From: a virus
Taxonomy: Duplodnaviria; Heunggongvirae; Uroviricota; Caudoviricetes
DNA: 64,000 nucleotides
Reading direction: 5' to 3' (one strand)
Virus record (IMG/VR): IMGVR_UViG_3300027608_000020
Position 1 is the stretch's first letter. Every line of letters starts with the position of its first letter. A model generated the notes under the pieces. The model was not told the DNA's origin and ran no database searches. It saw nothing but the letters and a program-made list of their open reading frames with translations. The translations under genes were made by a program, and so were the position numbers. This document shows positions 22,576 through 32,557 of the stretch, piece after piece.

Positions 22576-23133
22576 ATGAAGAAGTTTATCGTAATGGCCG
22601 CATTGTTGGCCGCAGGTACTGCCTTTGCAGGTGGGTTTGGCGCTGTTGAATACAGTAGCCGTGATGGTGTAGACAGTACCGCAGACGCTCGTGCTACTAA
22701 AGTAACAATGGGCACAGACCTAAATCAGACATTCAAAGCTGATTTTAGCCTGCGTCAAAAGACTGATACTAGTAGCAACCTTAGCGACACCCGATTTGAA
22801 GGTGGCTTAACCGGCACAGTTCCAACTGCGGTAAAAGGCCTAAGCGTTTATGGCCGCGGTGCTGTTGGTGAGAAGTTCAAAACTGCAACTAACTATACCT
22901 ACTACTCAGTAGAGCCGGGCGTCAAGTATGCCGTGACTCAAGACTTGAGTGTTAAGGCAGGGTACCGTTATCGTGCCGCAACTGACAGCGTTAATGCTGA
23001 CACTACTCGCGCATATCGTTTAGGTGCTGAGTATGCACTGACCAAGAACTACTTTGTTGGTCTAGGCTACGATCAAGTTCGCGGTGACAGCCAGTACAAT
23101 GCTACTAACGTCAGCGTTGGCTTTAAGTTCTAA
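22576..23133 (+). CDS. outer-membrane beta-barrel protein with signal peptide
   Basis: MKKFIVMAALLAAGTAFA signal; alternating amphipathic strands; C-terminal ...VGFKF (terminal Phe). Confidence 0.6.
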   Translation: MKKFIVMAALLAAGTAFAGGFGAVEYSSRDGVDSTADARATKVTMGTDLNQTFKADFSLRQKTDTSSNLSDTRFEGGLTGTVPTAVKGLSVYGRGAVGEKFKTATNYTYYSVEPGVKYAVTQDLSVKAGYRYRAATDSVNADTTRAYRLGAEYALTKNYFVGLGYDQVRGDSQYNATNVSVGFKF

Positions 23134-23182
23134 TTAAATCGTCCGCAAAGATTGAGCGGTGCCGGAACTCGTAACCGGCAGA

Positions 23183-23210
23183 AAAAAGATCTTCGGATCT
23201 TTTTTTTTTG
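23183..23210 (+). terminator. rho-independent terminator (aaagatc-ttcg-gatcttt plus T9)
   Basis: hairpin followed by a T-run after the OMP gene. Confidence 0.65.
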
Positions 23211-23327
23211 ACTGTAAGTAGTAACACTAAGTCAAAACAATGATTTTCACTATATGATTTAGACTATTTTTACTGTATCATAAGGATACATACTACTGTA
23301 GTATGCTAACTTAAAAGGAGAATTATT

Positions 23328-23402
23328 ATGAAATGGACAACACCACAAGCAAGCGACATGCGTTTCGGTTTTGAAATCACAATGTATATTGCTAACCGTT
23401 AA
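23328..23402 (+). CDS. pqqA: PqqA-like peptide (24 aa; PQQ precursor peptide family)
   Basis: AAAGGAG RBS 7 nt upstream; MKWTTPQASDMRFGFEITMYIANR vs Pseudomonas PqqA [23 protein letters not shown] (about 15/23 identical, E-x-T-x-Y core conserved); terminator right after. Confidence 0.6.
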   Translation: MKWTTPQASDMRFGFEITMYIANR

Positions 23403-23414
23403 TCATACACACAG

Positions 23415-23441
23415 AAAAAAAAGGCCTACGGGCCTTTTTTA
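23415..23441 (+). terminator. rho-independent terminator (aaggcc-tacg-ggcctt plus T6)
   Basis: A-run / hairpin / T-run. Confidence 0.65.
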
Positions 23442-23457
23442 TTTGGCTATTATATCT

Positions 23458-23486
23458 GTTGACATTGACCGGTATTTCTCATATAC
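23458..23486 (+). promoter_or_regulatory. sigma70-like promoter TTGACA-17-TATACT
   Basis: near-consensus hexamers, 17-nt spacer. Confidence 0.5.
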
Positions 23487-23515
23487 TAGTGCTATGAATA
23501 ACAAATGGACTAATC

Positions 23516-23929
23516 GTGCTTGATTGCTTAATTTTAGGAGATAGTATTGCTGTAGGTACACACCAGTTTAAACCGGAATGTACTATAGTAGCCAAAGGTG
23601 GGATTAATTCTCAGCAATGGAATAACAATTATTCAAAAGATTTAAGGTTGAAGCCAGCAAAGACTGTTATTATTAGTTTGGGCTCAAATGACCACAGTGG
23701 TGTGAATACATTCAAAGAACTGCTAACAATGCGTCAACGAGTTGATGCTAAACATGTTTTTTGGATCATGCCAGCAATTAAACCAAACGTACAAGATGTA
23801 GTTCAGATCATTGCTAAAAACTTTGGCGATACTGTATTGCCAATAACACGATTACAACCAGACAAGATCCATCCTAGTTGGGCTGGATACAAACAATTAG
23901 CAGAGAGTACAAAAAATGAAACTAAATGA
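23516..23929 (+). CDS. SGNH/GDSL-family hydrolase
   Basis: LGDSIAVG (block I), GSNDHS (block III), DKIHPS (block V). Confidence 0.65.
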   Translation: MLDCLILGDSIAVGTHQFKPECTIVAKGGINSQQWNNNYSKDLRLKPAKTVIISLGSNDHSGVNTFKELLTMRQRVDAKHVFWIMPAIKPNVQDVVQIIAKNFGDTVLPITRLQPDKIHPSWAGYKQLAESTKNETK

Positions 23930-24569
23930 TGTTATTACAGCCGCAGGTGCAAGAGTGAGCGGCGGCGATCCATATATGTGGAAATGCTATGGCGACAATG
24001 CTAACTTTATTGAATTTCGAGATACTGATGGGCAGTCGTATGCTCATGCTATATACGATACAGAAAACTATACTGTATATGAAGTTCATGTAGAAGTTCC
24101 CGGACAGGAGCAGGCATTTCGTTGGCTGAATCCAGATTTTAAACAAGCATACTACACAGAAGCTGCCACCATGGGAGTTGATCCAAATGCGGCATGGGAT
24201 GATGTAGGTTATACACATGTAGACACAGAAGAACTAATGTTAGAATATCTTAAAGATATTGGAGAAACTTACTACGACAATCTACCGATTATCAAAAGTA
24301 AAAGTGAATCATTCACTATGCCTATGCCCGGCACACTAGGCGGTGCCACAATTACATTTAAAGAAAACGATATGAACACTTACATGGTAAACCTCGATGT
24401 CCGTCACCTCCTTGAAGTTAAAGCATCTTCAATGGATGAGGCAATTGAAAAAGCAACTCACTTCCAAGAAACTATGCCCAAGGGATGGGGCGACCACGAC
24501 AATTTTGATGTCTGTTGGGTTGATACTTACATTGTTAAAGAATCAGCTGAACGCGATATCAATATTTAA
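23916..24569 (+). CDS. hypothetical protein
   Basis: 217 aa. Confidence 0.5.
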   Translation: MKLNDVITAAGARVSGGDPYMWKCYGDNANFIEFRDTDGQSYAHAIYDTENYTVYEVHVEVPGQEQAFRWLNPDFKQAYYTEAATMGVDPNAAWDDVGYTHVDTEELMLEYLKDIGETYYDNLPIIKSKSESFTMPMPGTLGGATITFKENDMNTYMVNLDVRHLLEVKASSMDEAIEKATHFQETMPKGWGDHDNFDVCWVDTYIVKESAERDINI

Positions 24570-24619
24570 TTATCCTGGTACTTAATAAAGATAACTATAA
24601 AAAACCAACAAGGATCATA

Positions 24620-25432
24620 ATGAACAAAGGTAAACTTAACATCCCAACTAAGCAAACTATTCCGGACCGCAGGCCCGTACCGCAAGGCGCCCCAATGGGA
24701 GCCCCACAGACACCCCTGTCAAACTTTAACCCGTTCCCTAAGGGTCAACCTCCTGCACCAACCCCTAACAATCAAAATAATCCGTTTGTTCCTAATCCAG
24801 GTAAACAACCCAGTATTATGATTGCTGTTCCAGCAATGGAAATGGTTAATGCAGAATTTGCACAACACCTAGCCATGGCGGCAGCTAATATGGTTGCCAA
24901 TGGTATTAAAATCAACTGTGCATTTAACATTGGATCAGTAATCACTATTGCTCGAAGAAATCTTGCAGATATCTTTATGAAGAGTGATTTTGATTACATC
25001 TGGTGGGTAGACAGTGATATGAAATTCCCGATCGATGCTCCTATTCGATTGTTAAATCGTAAGGTGCCAATTGTAGGTGTCAACTATCGCCGACGACGAT
25101 TCCCCAATCCTAACTTTACAGGTATGATGGGTGCGGCAGGACAATATACCGAATTCCACACAACAGATCAAAGCCCTTCGATGGAATTGATTGATGTGTT
25201 ACCACATGGATGTGTACTTGTACATCGTTCAGTGTATGAAAAAATTCAGGGACCATTCTACTTACAAGAATATATTCCTGAATTGAATCTAGAGATTGGA
25301 GAAGATATATTCTTCTGTCAACAGGTTCAAAAGGCTGGCTACCAGATTTGGTGTGACCAGGATTTAAGCCGTGAAACTGCTCACATTGGTATTTTCCACT
25401 TTAATTACAATTTGAGCGTTCCACAACAATAA
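24620..25432 (+). CDS. putative glycosyltransferase (DxD motif) with Pro-rich N-terminus
   Basis: WWVDSDM DxD-like motif; Pro/Asn-rich linker. Confidence 0.4.
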   Translation: MNKGKLNIPTKQTIPDRRPVPQGAPMGAPQTPLSNFNPFPKGQPPAPTPNNQNNPFVPNPGKQPSIMIAVPAMEMVNAEFAQHLAMAAANMVANGIKINCAFNIGSVITIARRNLADIFMKSDFDYIWWVDSDMKFPIDAPIRLLNRKVPIVGVNYRRRRFPNPNFTGMMGAAGQYTEFHTTDQSPSMELIDVLPHGCVLVHRSVYEKIQGPFYLQEYIPELNLEIGEDIFFCQQVQKAGYQIWCDQDLSRETAHIGIFHFNYNLSVPQQ

Positions 25433-25441
25433 GGGACTAGT

Positions 25442-25609
25442 ATGTTTGAATCGATAGAAATCCGTAAGGTACAAAATGGTGTTATCGTCACTTTACGAAG
25501 TGATGATAATGACGATCAGGAATATGTATATGATACTGACCGTAAGGCCGTTAAGTTTGTAAAAGATTTGCTGGATTCTAAATCGAAAGAAAAAGTACCT
25601 GCCGAATAA
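25442..25609 (+). CDS. small hypothetical protein (55 aa)
   Basis: AAGGGA RBS. Confidence 0.3.
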   Translation: MFESIEIRKVQNGVIVTLRSDDNDDQEYVYDTDRKAVKFVKDLLDSKSKEKVPAE

Positions 25610-25702
25610 GATGATGGCAATGAAACAGTTTGCCATTATCTTTTTTGTTAAAAATTACAATAGATTATTGTTAAGCACAGTTAGTTAACGGAACTAAATA
25701 AA

Positions 25703-26068
25703 ATGGAATCAGTATTTTTACTTTTAATCCTCCTACAAATAAAACATTGGTATATTGACTTTGTTAATCAATCAATAAAGGAAGTGCATAGTAAAGCAAT
25801 ATATGGTAATTATCACGGTATTAACCATAGCGCAAAACAAGGTATTGGCACAATGTTTGCCATTGTATGTGTAACTGGATTCCCCTACATTGCCTTTGCG
25901 GCAATACTAGGATTATTAGATTCTTTAATTCATTACCATATTGATTGGGCCAAAATGAACTACGGAAACCGCGATATTCAAAATCCTGTATTCTGGAATC
26001 ATCTAGGACTGGATCAAATGGCCCACCAAATAACTTACATAGGTATTGCATACCTAACAATAACATGA
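25703..26068 (+). CDS. membrane protein
   Basis: 121 aa, multiple TM segments. Confidence 0.45.
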   Translation: MESVFLLLILLQIKHWYIDFVNQSIKEVHSKAIYGNYHGINHSAKQGIGTMFAIVCVTGFPYIAFAAILGLLDSLIHYHIDWAKMNYGNRDIQNPVFWNHLGLDQMAHQITYIGIAYLTIT

Positions 26069-26553
26069 AAACAGAATATAATATTAAGGATCAAGTTTGG
26101 ATCCATATGGGCGAACAAAGCCTAGTACAAGGTAGAGTTGTAGAAATTATTACACTTGACCACTTAAACGAAAATCATAAAGAAGGTCACGAGTTGTATG
26201 TGCTTGAAATTAAAACAGGCATCGACGATATATATGAAGTACGTGAGTTTGATCAAATTAGCCCAGATGCTAAAGGACCAATCATGTGCTATCGTAATAT
26301 GGATATGAAACTAGCAGGCCGTTATCTAAAGAAAGTTGGAATTAAAATTCCTGTAAATGCTCATGTAAGTAGCACAGATAATCCAATTGATTTTCCAACA
26401 GAAGACGAACCTACTTCGGAACAAATTCATGCCGCAATAGAGCGAGCAGAACATGCAAAAAATCAACCTTTCAATGTACGACCTGCCGGTAAACGACCTG
26501 CAAAGAAAAGAACGTTTACCAAACGAAAGAAAGCAGATGTCGGTAACACTTGA
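26065..26553 (+). CDS. hypothetical protein with basic C-terminal tail
   Basis: ATG overlaps the upstream stop (ATGA). Confidence 0.45.
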   Translation: MKTEYNIKDQVWIHMGEQSLVQGRVVEIITLDHLNENHKEGHELYVLEIKTGIDDIYEVREFDQISPDAKGPIMCYRNMDMKLAGRYLKKVGIKIPVNAHVSSTDNPIDFPTEDEPTSEQIHAAIERAEHAKNQPFNVRPAGKRPAKKRTFTKRKKADVGNT

Positions 26554-26860
26554 ACAGGCTCTTGATAAGTTAGATCATGTAATAAAGGGTTGGGTAAATA
26601 TGATTGAAGATCCAACTATTAGACCTGTTTTAAATAAAAAACATAAAGCATGGACATTGTATCTAGAAGAAGTGTGGCCTCCCGAAATAATTAATAAAAG
26701 TTCTAGTAGTCACGCATTAGACACTAGGGTTGATTGGGTAGTAAATGAGTTGTCCAAATGGAACGGAGTTCGACGAACAGCATGGGATACCTGGGCATTC
26801 GACGACAAAAAAGATGGTGAGAAGTTTTTAACGTTGTATCACTTGATATGGACAAAGTGA
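26537..26860 (+). CDS. hypothetical protein
   Basis: in-frame ATG downstream of the overlap. Confidence 0.4.
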   Translation: MSVTLEQALDKLDHVIKGWVNMIEDPTIRPVLNKKHKAWTLYLEEVWPPEIINKSSSSHALDTRVDWVVNELSKWNGVRRTAWDTWAFDDKKDGEKFLTLYHLIWTK

Positions 26861-27156
26861 GATGTCGTGAATATGACAAAGACGGCTATCGTTGTGTAGA
26901 AGAAATACACAAAGTAGTTGTACATAAATTCAGTATGGGTGATGTTGAAGATCCGGACTTATATGCCGCACAACCACTCTGGGAATGGCAAGAAAGCGAA
27001 GCAGGCAAGTTTGTTATGGAACATGCTATTGAAACTCCAATTTGGCACAGGCGGGCCGATCCATACAATTATGGACATCAATATGTAATTGTTGCAGAAT
27101 TGGAAAAGAAAAAGTTGTCAGAATTTTATTTAAGATTTGACAAAGTTAAGATTTGA
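26848..27156 (+). CDS. hypothetical protein
   Basis: 102 aa. Confidence 0.45.
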   Translation: MDKVRCREYDKDGYRCVEEIHKVVVHKFSMGDVEDPDLYAAQPLWEWQESEAGKFVMEHAIETPIWHRRADPYNYGHQYVIVAELEKKKLSEFYLRFDKVKI

Positions 27157-27188
27157 CTGTATAATTACTATATTAAGAAAGAAACATC

Positions 27189-28028
27189 ATGCGAGCACAC
27201 TACTGGACTTGTTCAAAATTCGCCGATTGGCTTCGAGGCACCGCCAAACTTAAGGCAGGTACTTCTGAAGAATGGGACGACTGGACTAATACTGCAAAAA
27301 TGAAACATAACTTTCGTTATTGGTTGGCGGAAGACGGCCTGGACTATATTCAAAAGTTTGTTTACTACATACCGGACCGGCTAAATGACATACGCTATTA
27401 TATTAACAATCGCTGGGTTTCTCACAGCCATGCTCTTACAGCCCATGCTCGCGACATACAACCGGGTTCTTGGTGCGATGTTGGCAATCGTTTTCTTCCT
27501 TGTATGTTCAATGAGCTTGTGGACTTTGTGGAAATAGAACAAGCATGGCATCACTGCATATGGAGTGATGAGGCTAAGACTGAATTTGAAGTGCCTTGGT
27601 ACCGTAAGGGTTGGTTACGACTACGTACATGGCGCAGTCCAGAAGCCGGTATGGCTTACTTAACTTGGGCAAGTGGACTTACTGTTGACGAAAACATGGG
27701 TGCTGAACCAGGAAGCAAAGGATTCGGTGAACCTACATATCAGGCCAAATCTGCTAAGGAAATTATCGAGCTTTACACTTGGTGGACCGTTACCTATCGC
27801 AATCGTCCAGATCCGTATGAAGCAAGTGGTTGGTCAGCTCACTGCGATGCTATGCGTGTTAAGTACCCAGGTAGCTTTTTCTCAAGCCTAAATAGCAAAG
27901 ACGCAGAAGATAAGAAATCTAGCGATAAAGCTCATAAACTTCTTACCAAGATTGAAAAGGCTTATGAAGCAGAAGATGAAGCTATGATGATTCGCCTTAT
28001 TAAAATTCGTGAAAGCCTATGGACTTAA
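27189..28028 (+). CDS. hypothetical protein
   Basis: 279 aa. Confidence 0.5.
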   Translation: MRAHYWTCSKFADWLRGTAKLKAGTSEEWDDWTNTAKMKHNFRYWLAEDGLDYIQKFVYYIPDRLNDIRYYINNRWVSHSHALTAHARDIQPGSWCDVGNRFLPCMFNELVDFVEIEQAWHHCIWSDEAKTEFEVPWYRKGWLRLRTWRSPEAGMAYLTWASGLTVDENMGAEPGSKGFGEPTYQAKSAKEIIELYTWWTVTYRNRPDPYEASGWSAHCDAMRVKYPGSFFSSLNSKDAEDKKSSDKAHKLLTKIEKAYEAEDEAMMIRLIKIRESLWT

Positions 28029-28124
28029 CTAGTACACTTTGCTGTCAAGCACCAAAAAACTATTCGGAAGAGCATGACTGTTACTATTGTCAGCCTTGTA
28101 ACATCTGGGTAGAAGACAAGTGCG

Positions 28125-28409
28125 ATGATCCAACTTGTGAATATTGCATCAATAGACCTAACACTCCAAATAAAAATGACTGAACAAAAACGTACAATTA
28201 CATTTGCGCCCGGATGCTTTGATAGCTTCGAGGGTACACAAGAAGAACTTAACGAACTTCAAGCAGAAATCACGCGGTTAGTTGAATCTGGCGAATTTGA
28301 AGGAAAATCTCGCCCGGTTGACATTGATGAATTGCTTGAGGAAGATCCTGAGTACGCAGAAAAAGTACTTAAAAGTTTGTCTGACGATAATCAAAGAACA
28401 TTACAATGA
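28125..28409 (+). CDS. hypothetical acidic protein (true start may be ATG 28176)
   Basis: 94 aa ORF. Confidence 0.4.
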   Translation: MIQLVNIASIDLTLQIKMTEQKRTITFAPGCFDSFEGTQEELNELQAEITRLVESGEFEGKSRPVDIDELLEEDPEYAEKVLKSLSDDNQRTLQ

Positions 28410-28759
28410 AAGCACAAACTCCTGCTGAAGGTATTCTATTACATAAAGATTTCGGCGATGCTAAGTCTTATACAGTACCTTGTGACTGTGGTGACACCAA
28501 TCATACCCATAACGTCTGGATTGAATCAGACGAGTGCGGAGTCACTGTTACCACATATACCACACAAAAAACAAAATGGTGGGAACTTAACCGATGGCAA
28601 GTTATTTGGACATTACTTACCAAAGGCTATGTTGAATATGAAGCTTCGCTCATAATGTCTAAACAGCAGGCTTTTAATTATGCAGAAACCTTAAAGAAAG
28701 CATCTAATGATGTTGAAATCTTCCGTACACAAAGAAAGTCCGTTTCAACAGTGGCTTAG
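28406..28759 (+). CDS. hypothetical protein
   Basis: 117 aa. Confidence 0.45.
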   Translation: MKAQTPAEGILLHKDFGDAKSYTVPCDCGDTNHTHNVWIESDECGVTVTTYTTQKTKWWELNRWQVIWTLLTKGYVEYEASLIMSKQQAFNYAETLKKASNDVEIFRTQRKSVSTVA

Positions 28760-28863
28760 AGCAAAATGGTTTGAGCATCTAGAAGAATTAGATGCTTGGA
28801 ACATGCCTAGGCCGCAATATGGTCCCGATAAATATTTTCAAACGTATAAATGGTGGTTAAAAC

Positions 28864-29427
28864 GTGAGTACCGATTCCAAAATAAACAGCAGTCCTGAAC
28901 GCAATACCTTTCAATTGGAATGTGCAAGAGAACGGGCTAAAGAAGATGGCAAGGAAGTTCCGGAGTATTATGAAAACTTTTGGAAGTCGGCCAAACAGCA
29001 AGATGAAGAAAATCTTGTAGATCCAAAATGGCAAAAAGATAATATGGAGTATGATCTCCGTAGTACCAAATGGATTTGTGACAAGGTCAAGGCAAATGAC
29101 AATTATGCTCAAAACTTGTACGCGGCCATGTGCAATATGCAGTTTATCAAATTGGATATTATACCTATACTAAAGGACCAACGCTGGAGTGCCAGTTGGC
29201 GTCATAGTGGAGGAATAGTTGCCGACATGCGTGAACAGGGTGACTATATTGATTGGTACTGTAGTGGTATTGGCAATAAAGAAGCTGGATTTGGACTAGA
29301 TGGTTTTACCCCCACACCCGATCCGGACGGACGTGACTATGTGCCAGAAAGTGTAGTTACCGAAGAAATTCGAGAAGATTTAAAAAAACTAGGCTGGGTT
29401 GCAGTCGAATGGGATGATGAGGATTAA
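28864..29427 (+). CDS. hypothetical protein
   Basis: 187 aa. Confidence 0.5.
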   Translation: MSTDSKINSSPERNTFQLECARERAKEDGKEVPEYYENFWKSAKQQDEENLVDPKWQKDNMEYDLRSTKWICDKVKANDNYAQNLYAAMCNMQFIKLDIIPILKDQRWSASWRHSGGIVADMREQGDYIDWYCSGIGNKEAGFGLDGFTPTPDPDGRDYVPESVVTEEIREDLKKLGWVAVEWDDED

Positions 29428-29671
29428 TATGGATATGGATCGAGCGGCAGTATTTTTAGCAGGAAGTATTTTAACAATGATGGGGTTTATAGTTATAGTT
29501 ATTGGGCTTGTTGTTGCTAACAATATCATTAACAAATATTGGAAACCTGTACGTATTTTTACATTGGACAGCTGGAATATGAATCCGACCGGACGATTTA
29601 TACAAGAACACGATCCCCAAATGACTAGAGAAGAACCAAAAGTAGAAGAAATTGGTAAAACCAAGTCTTGA
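29399..29671 (+). CDS. small membrane protein
   Basis: hydrophobic core VFLAGSILTMMGFIVIVIGLVVA. Confidence 0.4.
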   Translation: MQSNGMMRINMDMDRAAVFLAGSILTMMGFIVIVIGLVVANNIINKYWKPVRIFTLDSWNMNPTGRFIQEHDPQMTREEPKVEEIGKTKS

Positions 29672-29696
29672 CACAGAGCCAAAATGGTGCTATACT
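29668..29696 (+). promoter_or_regulatory. sigma70-like promoter TTGACA-17-TATACT
   Basis: drives the downstream tRNA-like gene. Confidence 0.5.
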
Positions 29697-29708
29697 ATAA
29701 GTATAGTT

Positions 29709-29782
29709 TAAACAAAAAGCGGGATTAGTTTAATGGTAAAACGAGATCCTTCCAAGTTCAAGTCAGCGGTTCGATTCCGCTA
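29709..29782 (+). tRNA. tRNA-Gly(TCC)-like with a defective anticodon stem (3/5 pairs)
   Basis: acceptor gcgggat/atcccgc identical to tRNA-Gly(GCC) at 13628; loop ctTCCaa; T-arm agcgg-ttcgatt-ccgct; CCA. Confidence 0.5.
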
Positions 29783-29808
29783 TCCCGCTCCACACTAAAG
29801 GCACCAAA

Positions 29809-30990
29809 ATGGTTACTAAACTCAAAACAGCATCAATTGCACTTCGTCAAAACGCAAAACGCGACCACAGTCCAAAGTGGGACGATATTGAAGGGCTCAC
29901 AGCAGAGCAATTTACACGGAGGTTCCGCCAGGCAATGGATTGGTACCGTTTGGAAAGTTCCGGCAAAGAACTAAAGCCAAAGGTTATTGACTGGATGGGT
30001 CGTAACGGATACGACAAGGTCACAATCCAAAGTTTCAAGAAAACAAAAGACAATCGTTGTAGTCCTACTGTAGGTGCTATTGCCGCCTGCTTGATTAAAG
30101 GCATGCCTGAAAAACGTTCTGGGTTTAATCAAGATCGTAATGTTGCAGAATGGTTACGAAATGAAATTACCAATATCATTGTTGAAGGCAAGAACGATAA
30201 AGACGACAGCGAAGCTGTTGTAGATACAAAGCCTGTAATTGCACCGCCGAGTATTCAAGACCGGTTGCGTGAAACCGCAGGAGACATGGGCGAAGAACTT
30301 GACTACGCTATTGACAGTTGGATCACTGATCCAGAAGCATTTGATCCAAAAGCATTCAAAGTTGTAAACTTACTTAAAGGTAAGGGTGCCAAGGCCGCTC
30401 ATGCTCGAATAATCAAACAATACTTCCAACGTGGATTGGATGAGCTTCATGAACTTGCCAGCGGTAATGCAGATGAACAGTTGAGAGAAGCATACAAACA
30501 TGTTAGTCGCAAGAATGTTAAAAAACTAATAGACTTCTACGAAAGTATTGGTGCCGCGTGTGAGCAGATTGCCGCAGAGCAAAAAGTTCTTAAGAAGCCA
30601 CGTGCTACAAAAGTTAAGCCGGCAGAAGAATTGGTTAAGAAAATGAAGTTTATGCTAAGTGATCCTAAACTTGGTATTACTTCAGTGCCACTGGCAGGTC
30701 TAATTGGCGCTCAACTAGCAATTGTTTACAATACTAAGACTCGTAAAATTGGTGTCTATGTTCCTAAAACAAGTGCAGGCCTGGGTGTCAAAGGTACTAG
30801 CATTACGGAGTTTACTGACAAGAGCTTTCAAAAGACTTTGCGTAAGCCAGTAGAACAACTTAAAGAGTTTAAAGAACAAAATACACAGAAGCGTGTTGAG
30901 GCTTGGTTTGTTAAAAATGTTAAGACTACAGAAACATTACTTAACGGACGTATGAGTGAAGATATTGTATTGTTGAAAGTGTACAAATGA
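29809..30990 (+). CDS. hypothetical protein
   Basis: 393 aa. Confidence 0.55.
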   Translation: MVTKLKTASIALRQNAKRDHSPKWDDIEGLTAEQFTRRFRQAMDWYRLESSGKELKPKVIDWMGRNGYDKVTIQSFKKTKDNRCSPTVGAIAACLIKGMPEKRSGFNQDRNVAEWLRNEITNIIVEGKNDKDDSEAVVDTKPVIAPPSIQDRLRETAGDMGEELDYAIDSWITDPEAFDPKAFKVVNLLKGKGAKAAHARIIKQYFQRGLDELHELASGNADEQLREAYKHVSRKNVKKLIDFYESIGAACEQIAAEQKVLKKPRATKVKPAEELVKKMKFMLSDPKLGITSVPLAGLIGAQLAIVYNTKTRKIGVYVPKTSAGLGVKGTSITEFTDKSFQKTLRKPVEQLKEFKEQNTQKRVEAWFVKNVKTTETLLNGRMSEDIVLLKVYK

Positions 30991-31457
30991 CAAAAAAGAT
31001 TTATTACGAAAAGGTTGGACGTAGTTATAAACCCGTGTCTGAATATGACAGCAAGTACTTGGACAGTTTTCCAAAAGGTGATCATTTAGTAAGCGTGTAT
31101 CCGGGAGGTAGCAGTCGTAGGTTCAAGATTACTCCGGCGTATGCTCCTATGATTGCCGCGGCTCGAATTGCCGAAGATGCTATCAGCAAAAGCATTATGG
31201 ATGCCAGTGCTTTGCGTGTTCCCAAACGTGATGAGCCATTGACTCCTGCTCAGTTGAAAGCATGGAAGGCTTTGGCCAAAGCATTTGGCAAGGATCAGTA
31301 TGCCCTTGAATGGTGTAGCTATAGAGAAGCCGCGGAAGCAGGTGCCAAAGCCATGCAAGTGGAAGCAGACAAGCTCTTGGCTCACGAATCTGTACGCAAA
31401 GCGTATGATCATTTTTTATTGTTGTGTGAACTTACAAAGGAGAACTCCTATGATTAG
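30987..31457 (+). CDS. hypothetical protein
   Basis: 156 aa. Confidence 0.5.
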   Translation: MTKKIYYEKVGRSYKPVSEYDSKYLDSFPKGDHLVSVYPGGSSRRFKITPAYAPMIAAARIAEDAISKSIMDASALRVPKRDEPLTPAQLKAWKALAKAFGKDQYALEWCSYREAAEAGAKAMQVEADKLLAHESVRKAYDHFLLLCELTKENSYD

Positions 31458-31626
31458 ACTTTGGTTAGCTTTTGCTATACTTGCAATTCTTATTCACTTT
31501 GGCATTACTGCCTGGAGAAATCTCAACGGTAGGGAACGTTGGACGTTGACAAAATCTATCGCATATAGTATAATTGTTTCATTATTAGCTATTCTAGTAA
31601 TGACCGTGATCGTAATTTTATTTTAA
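31450..31626 (+). CDS. small membrane protein (58 aa)
   Basis: AAGGAG RBS; two TM helices. Confidence 0.35.
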   Translation: MIRLWLAFAILAILIHFGITAWRNLNGRERWTLTKSIAYSIIVSLLAILVMTVIVILF

Positions 31627-31634
31627 GGAAAACC

Positions 31635-32435
31635 ATGAAACGTATTTTGACTTTATCCGTTCTTGCCGCGGCTGTGCTGGCAACAGGGTGTACTCGTATT
31701 GAAACTGGAGAAGTTGGTCTCCGTGTGGGCTTTGACAAACAGGTTAGCACCGGTGAACTGCTACCTGGCTCGTTTAATCAGACTATCATTGGGAACGTTA
31801 TTACATTCCCAATCAAAGAGATTAGTGTCAAAGTTGAAGACATGACTCCATTGGCCAAAGACAACAGCACAATGAAAGACTTTGACACATTGGTTACCTA
31901 CAACATCAATCAAGCACAGGTGGCTGAGATTTACAATGCCAAGAACCGTAGCTTTCACGCTGTTCACGATGGCGATGTCTATTTGATGTACAATTACATC
32001 TTCAATGCCGCACGTAACGCTATCTATAAGGCCGCACGTAAGTATGAAGCATTGGAAATGGGCGATGCTCGTCAGGCGATGGAAACTGAAATCAAAGAAC
32101 AGATTGTACGCACCTTGGCTGAAGAAAAGTTGGACGGTACTATCGTTATTGGTCAAGTATTGATTCGTAACATTATTCCAGCAGACTCTGTTGTAGCCAG
32201 TGCTAACGAATTAGTCAAAGCCAAGAACGAATATAAGACTGAAGAAGTCAAAGTAGCCACCGCTAAAAAGCGTAACGAAAGTATGCAAGCCAACCCAATG
32301 GCAATTCCTTTGCTCAAAGCCGAAGCCGAAGCCGAAGCCATGCGTCAACTGCCAGTTGCAATTGCCAACTTCAAAGGTCAGACCTTGGTCATCAATGGTG
32401 TTGTAACTCCAACAGTACAAACCAACGGAAAATAA
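31635..32435 (+). CDS. SPFH/band-7 (prohibitin/HflK-like) domain lipoprotein
   Basis: lipobox LATGC; SPFH-like core; AEAEAEA coiled-coil segment. Confidence 0.6.
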   Translation: MKRILTLSVLAAAVLATGCTRIETGEVGLRVGFDKQVSTGELLPGSFNQTIIGNVITFPIKEISVKVEDMTPLAKDNSTMKDFDTLVTYNINQAQVAEIYNAKNRSFHAVHDGDVYLMYNYIFNAARNAIYKAARKYEALEMGDARQAMETEIKEQIVRTLAEEKLDGTIVIGQVLIRNIIPADSVVASANELVKAKNEYKTEEVKVATAKKRNESMQANPMAIPLLKAEAEAEAMRQLPVAIANFKGQTLVINGVVTPTVQTNGK

Positions 32436-32557
32436 GATGGGCTTACTAGAAGTCGTAGTCTACGGTTTCTTTACTGCCTTTGGGTGGTGGGGTGCCAATC
32501 ATTATGTGATTGAACCCTACTTTCCTCCACCTATTGAACGTAAGGAAGAAAAGAAAA

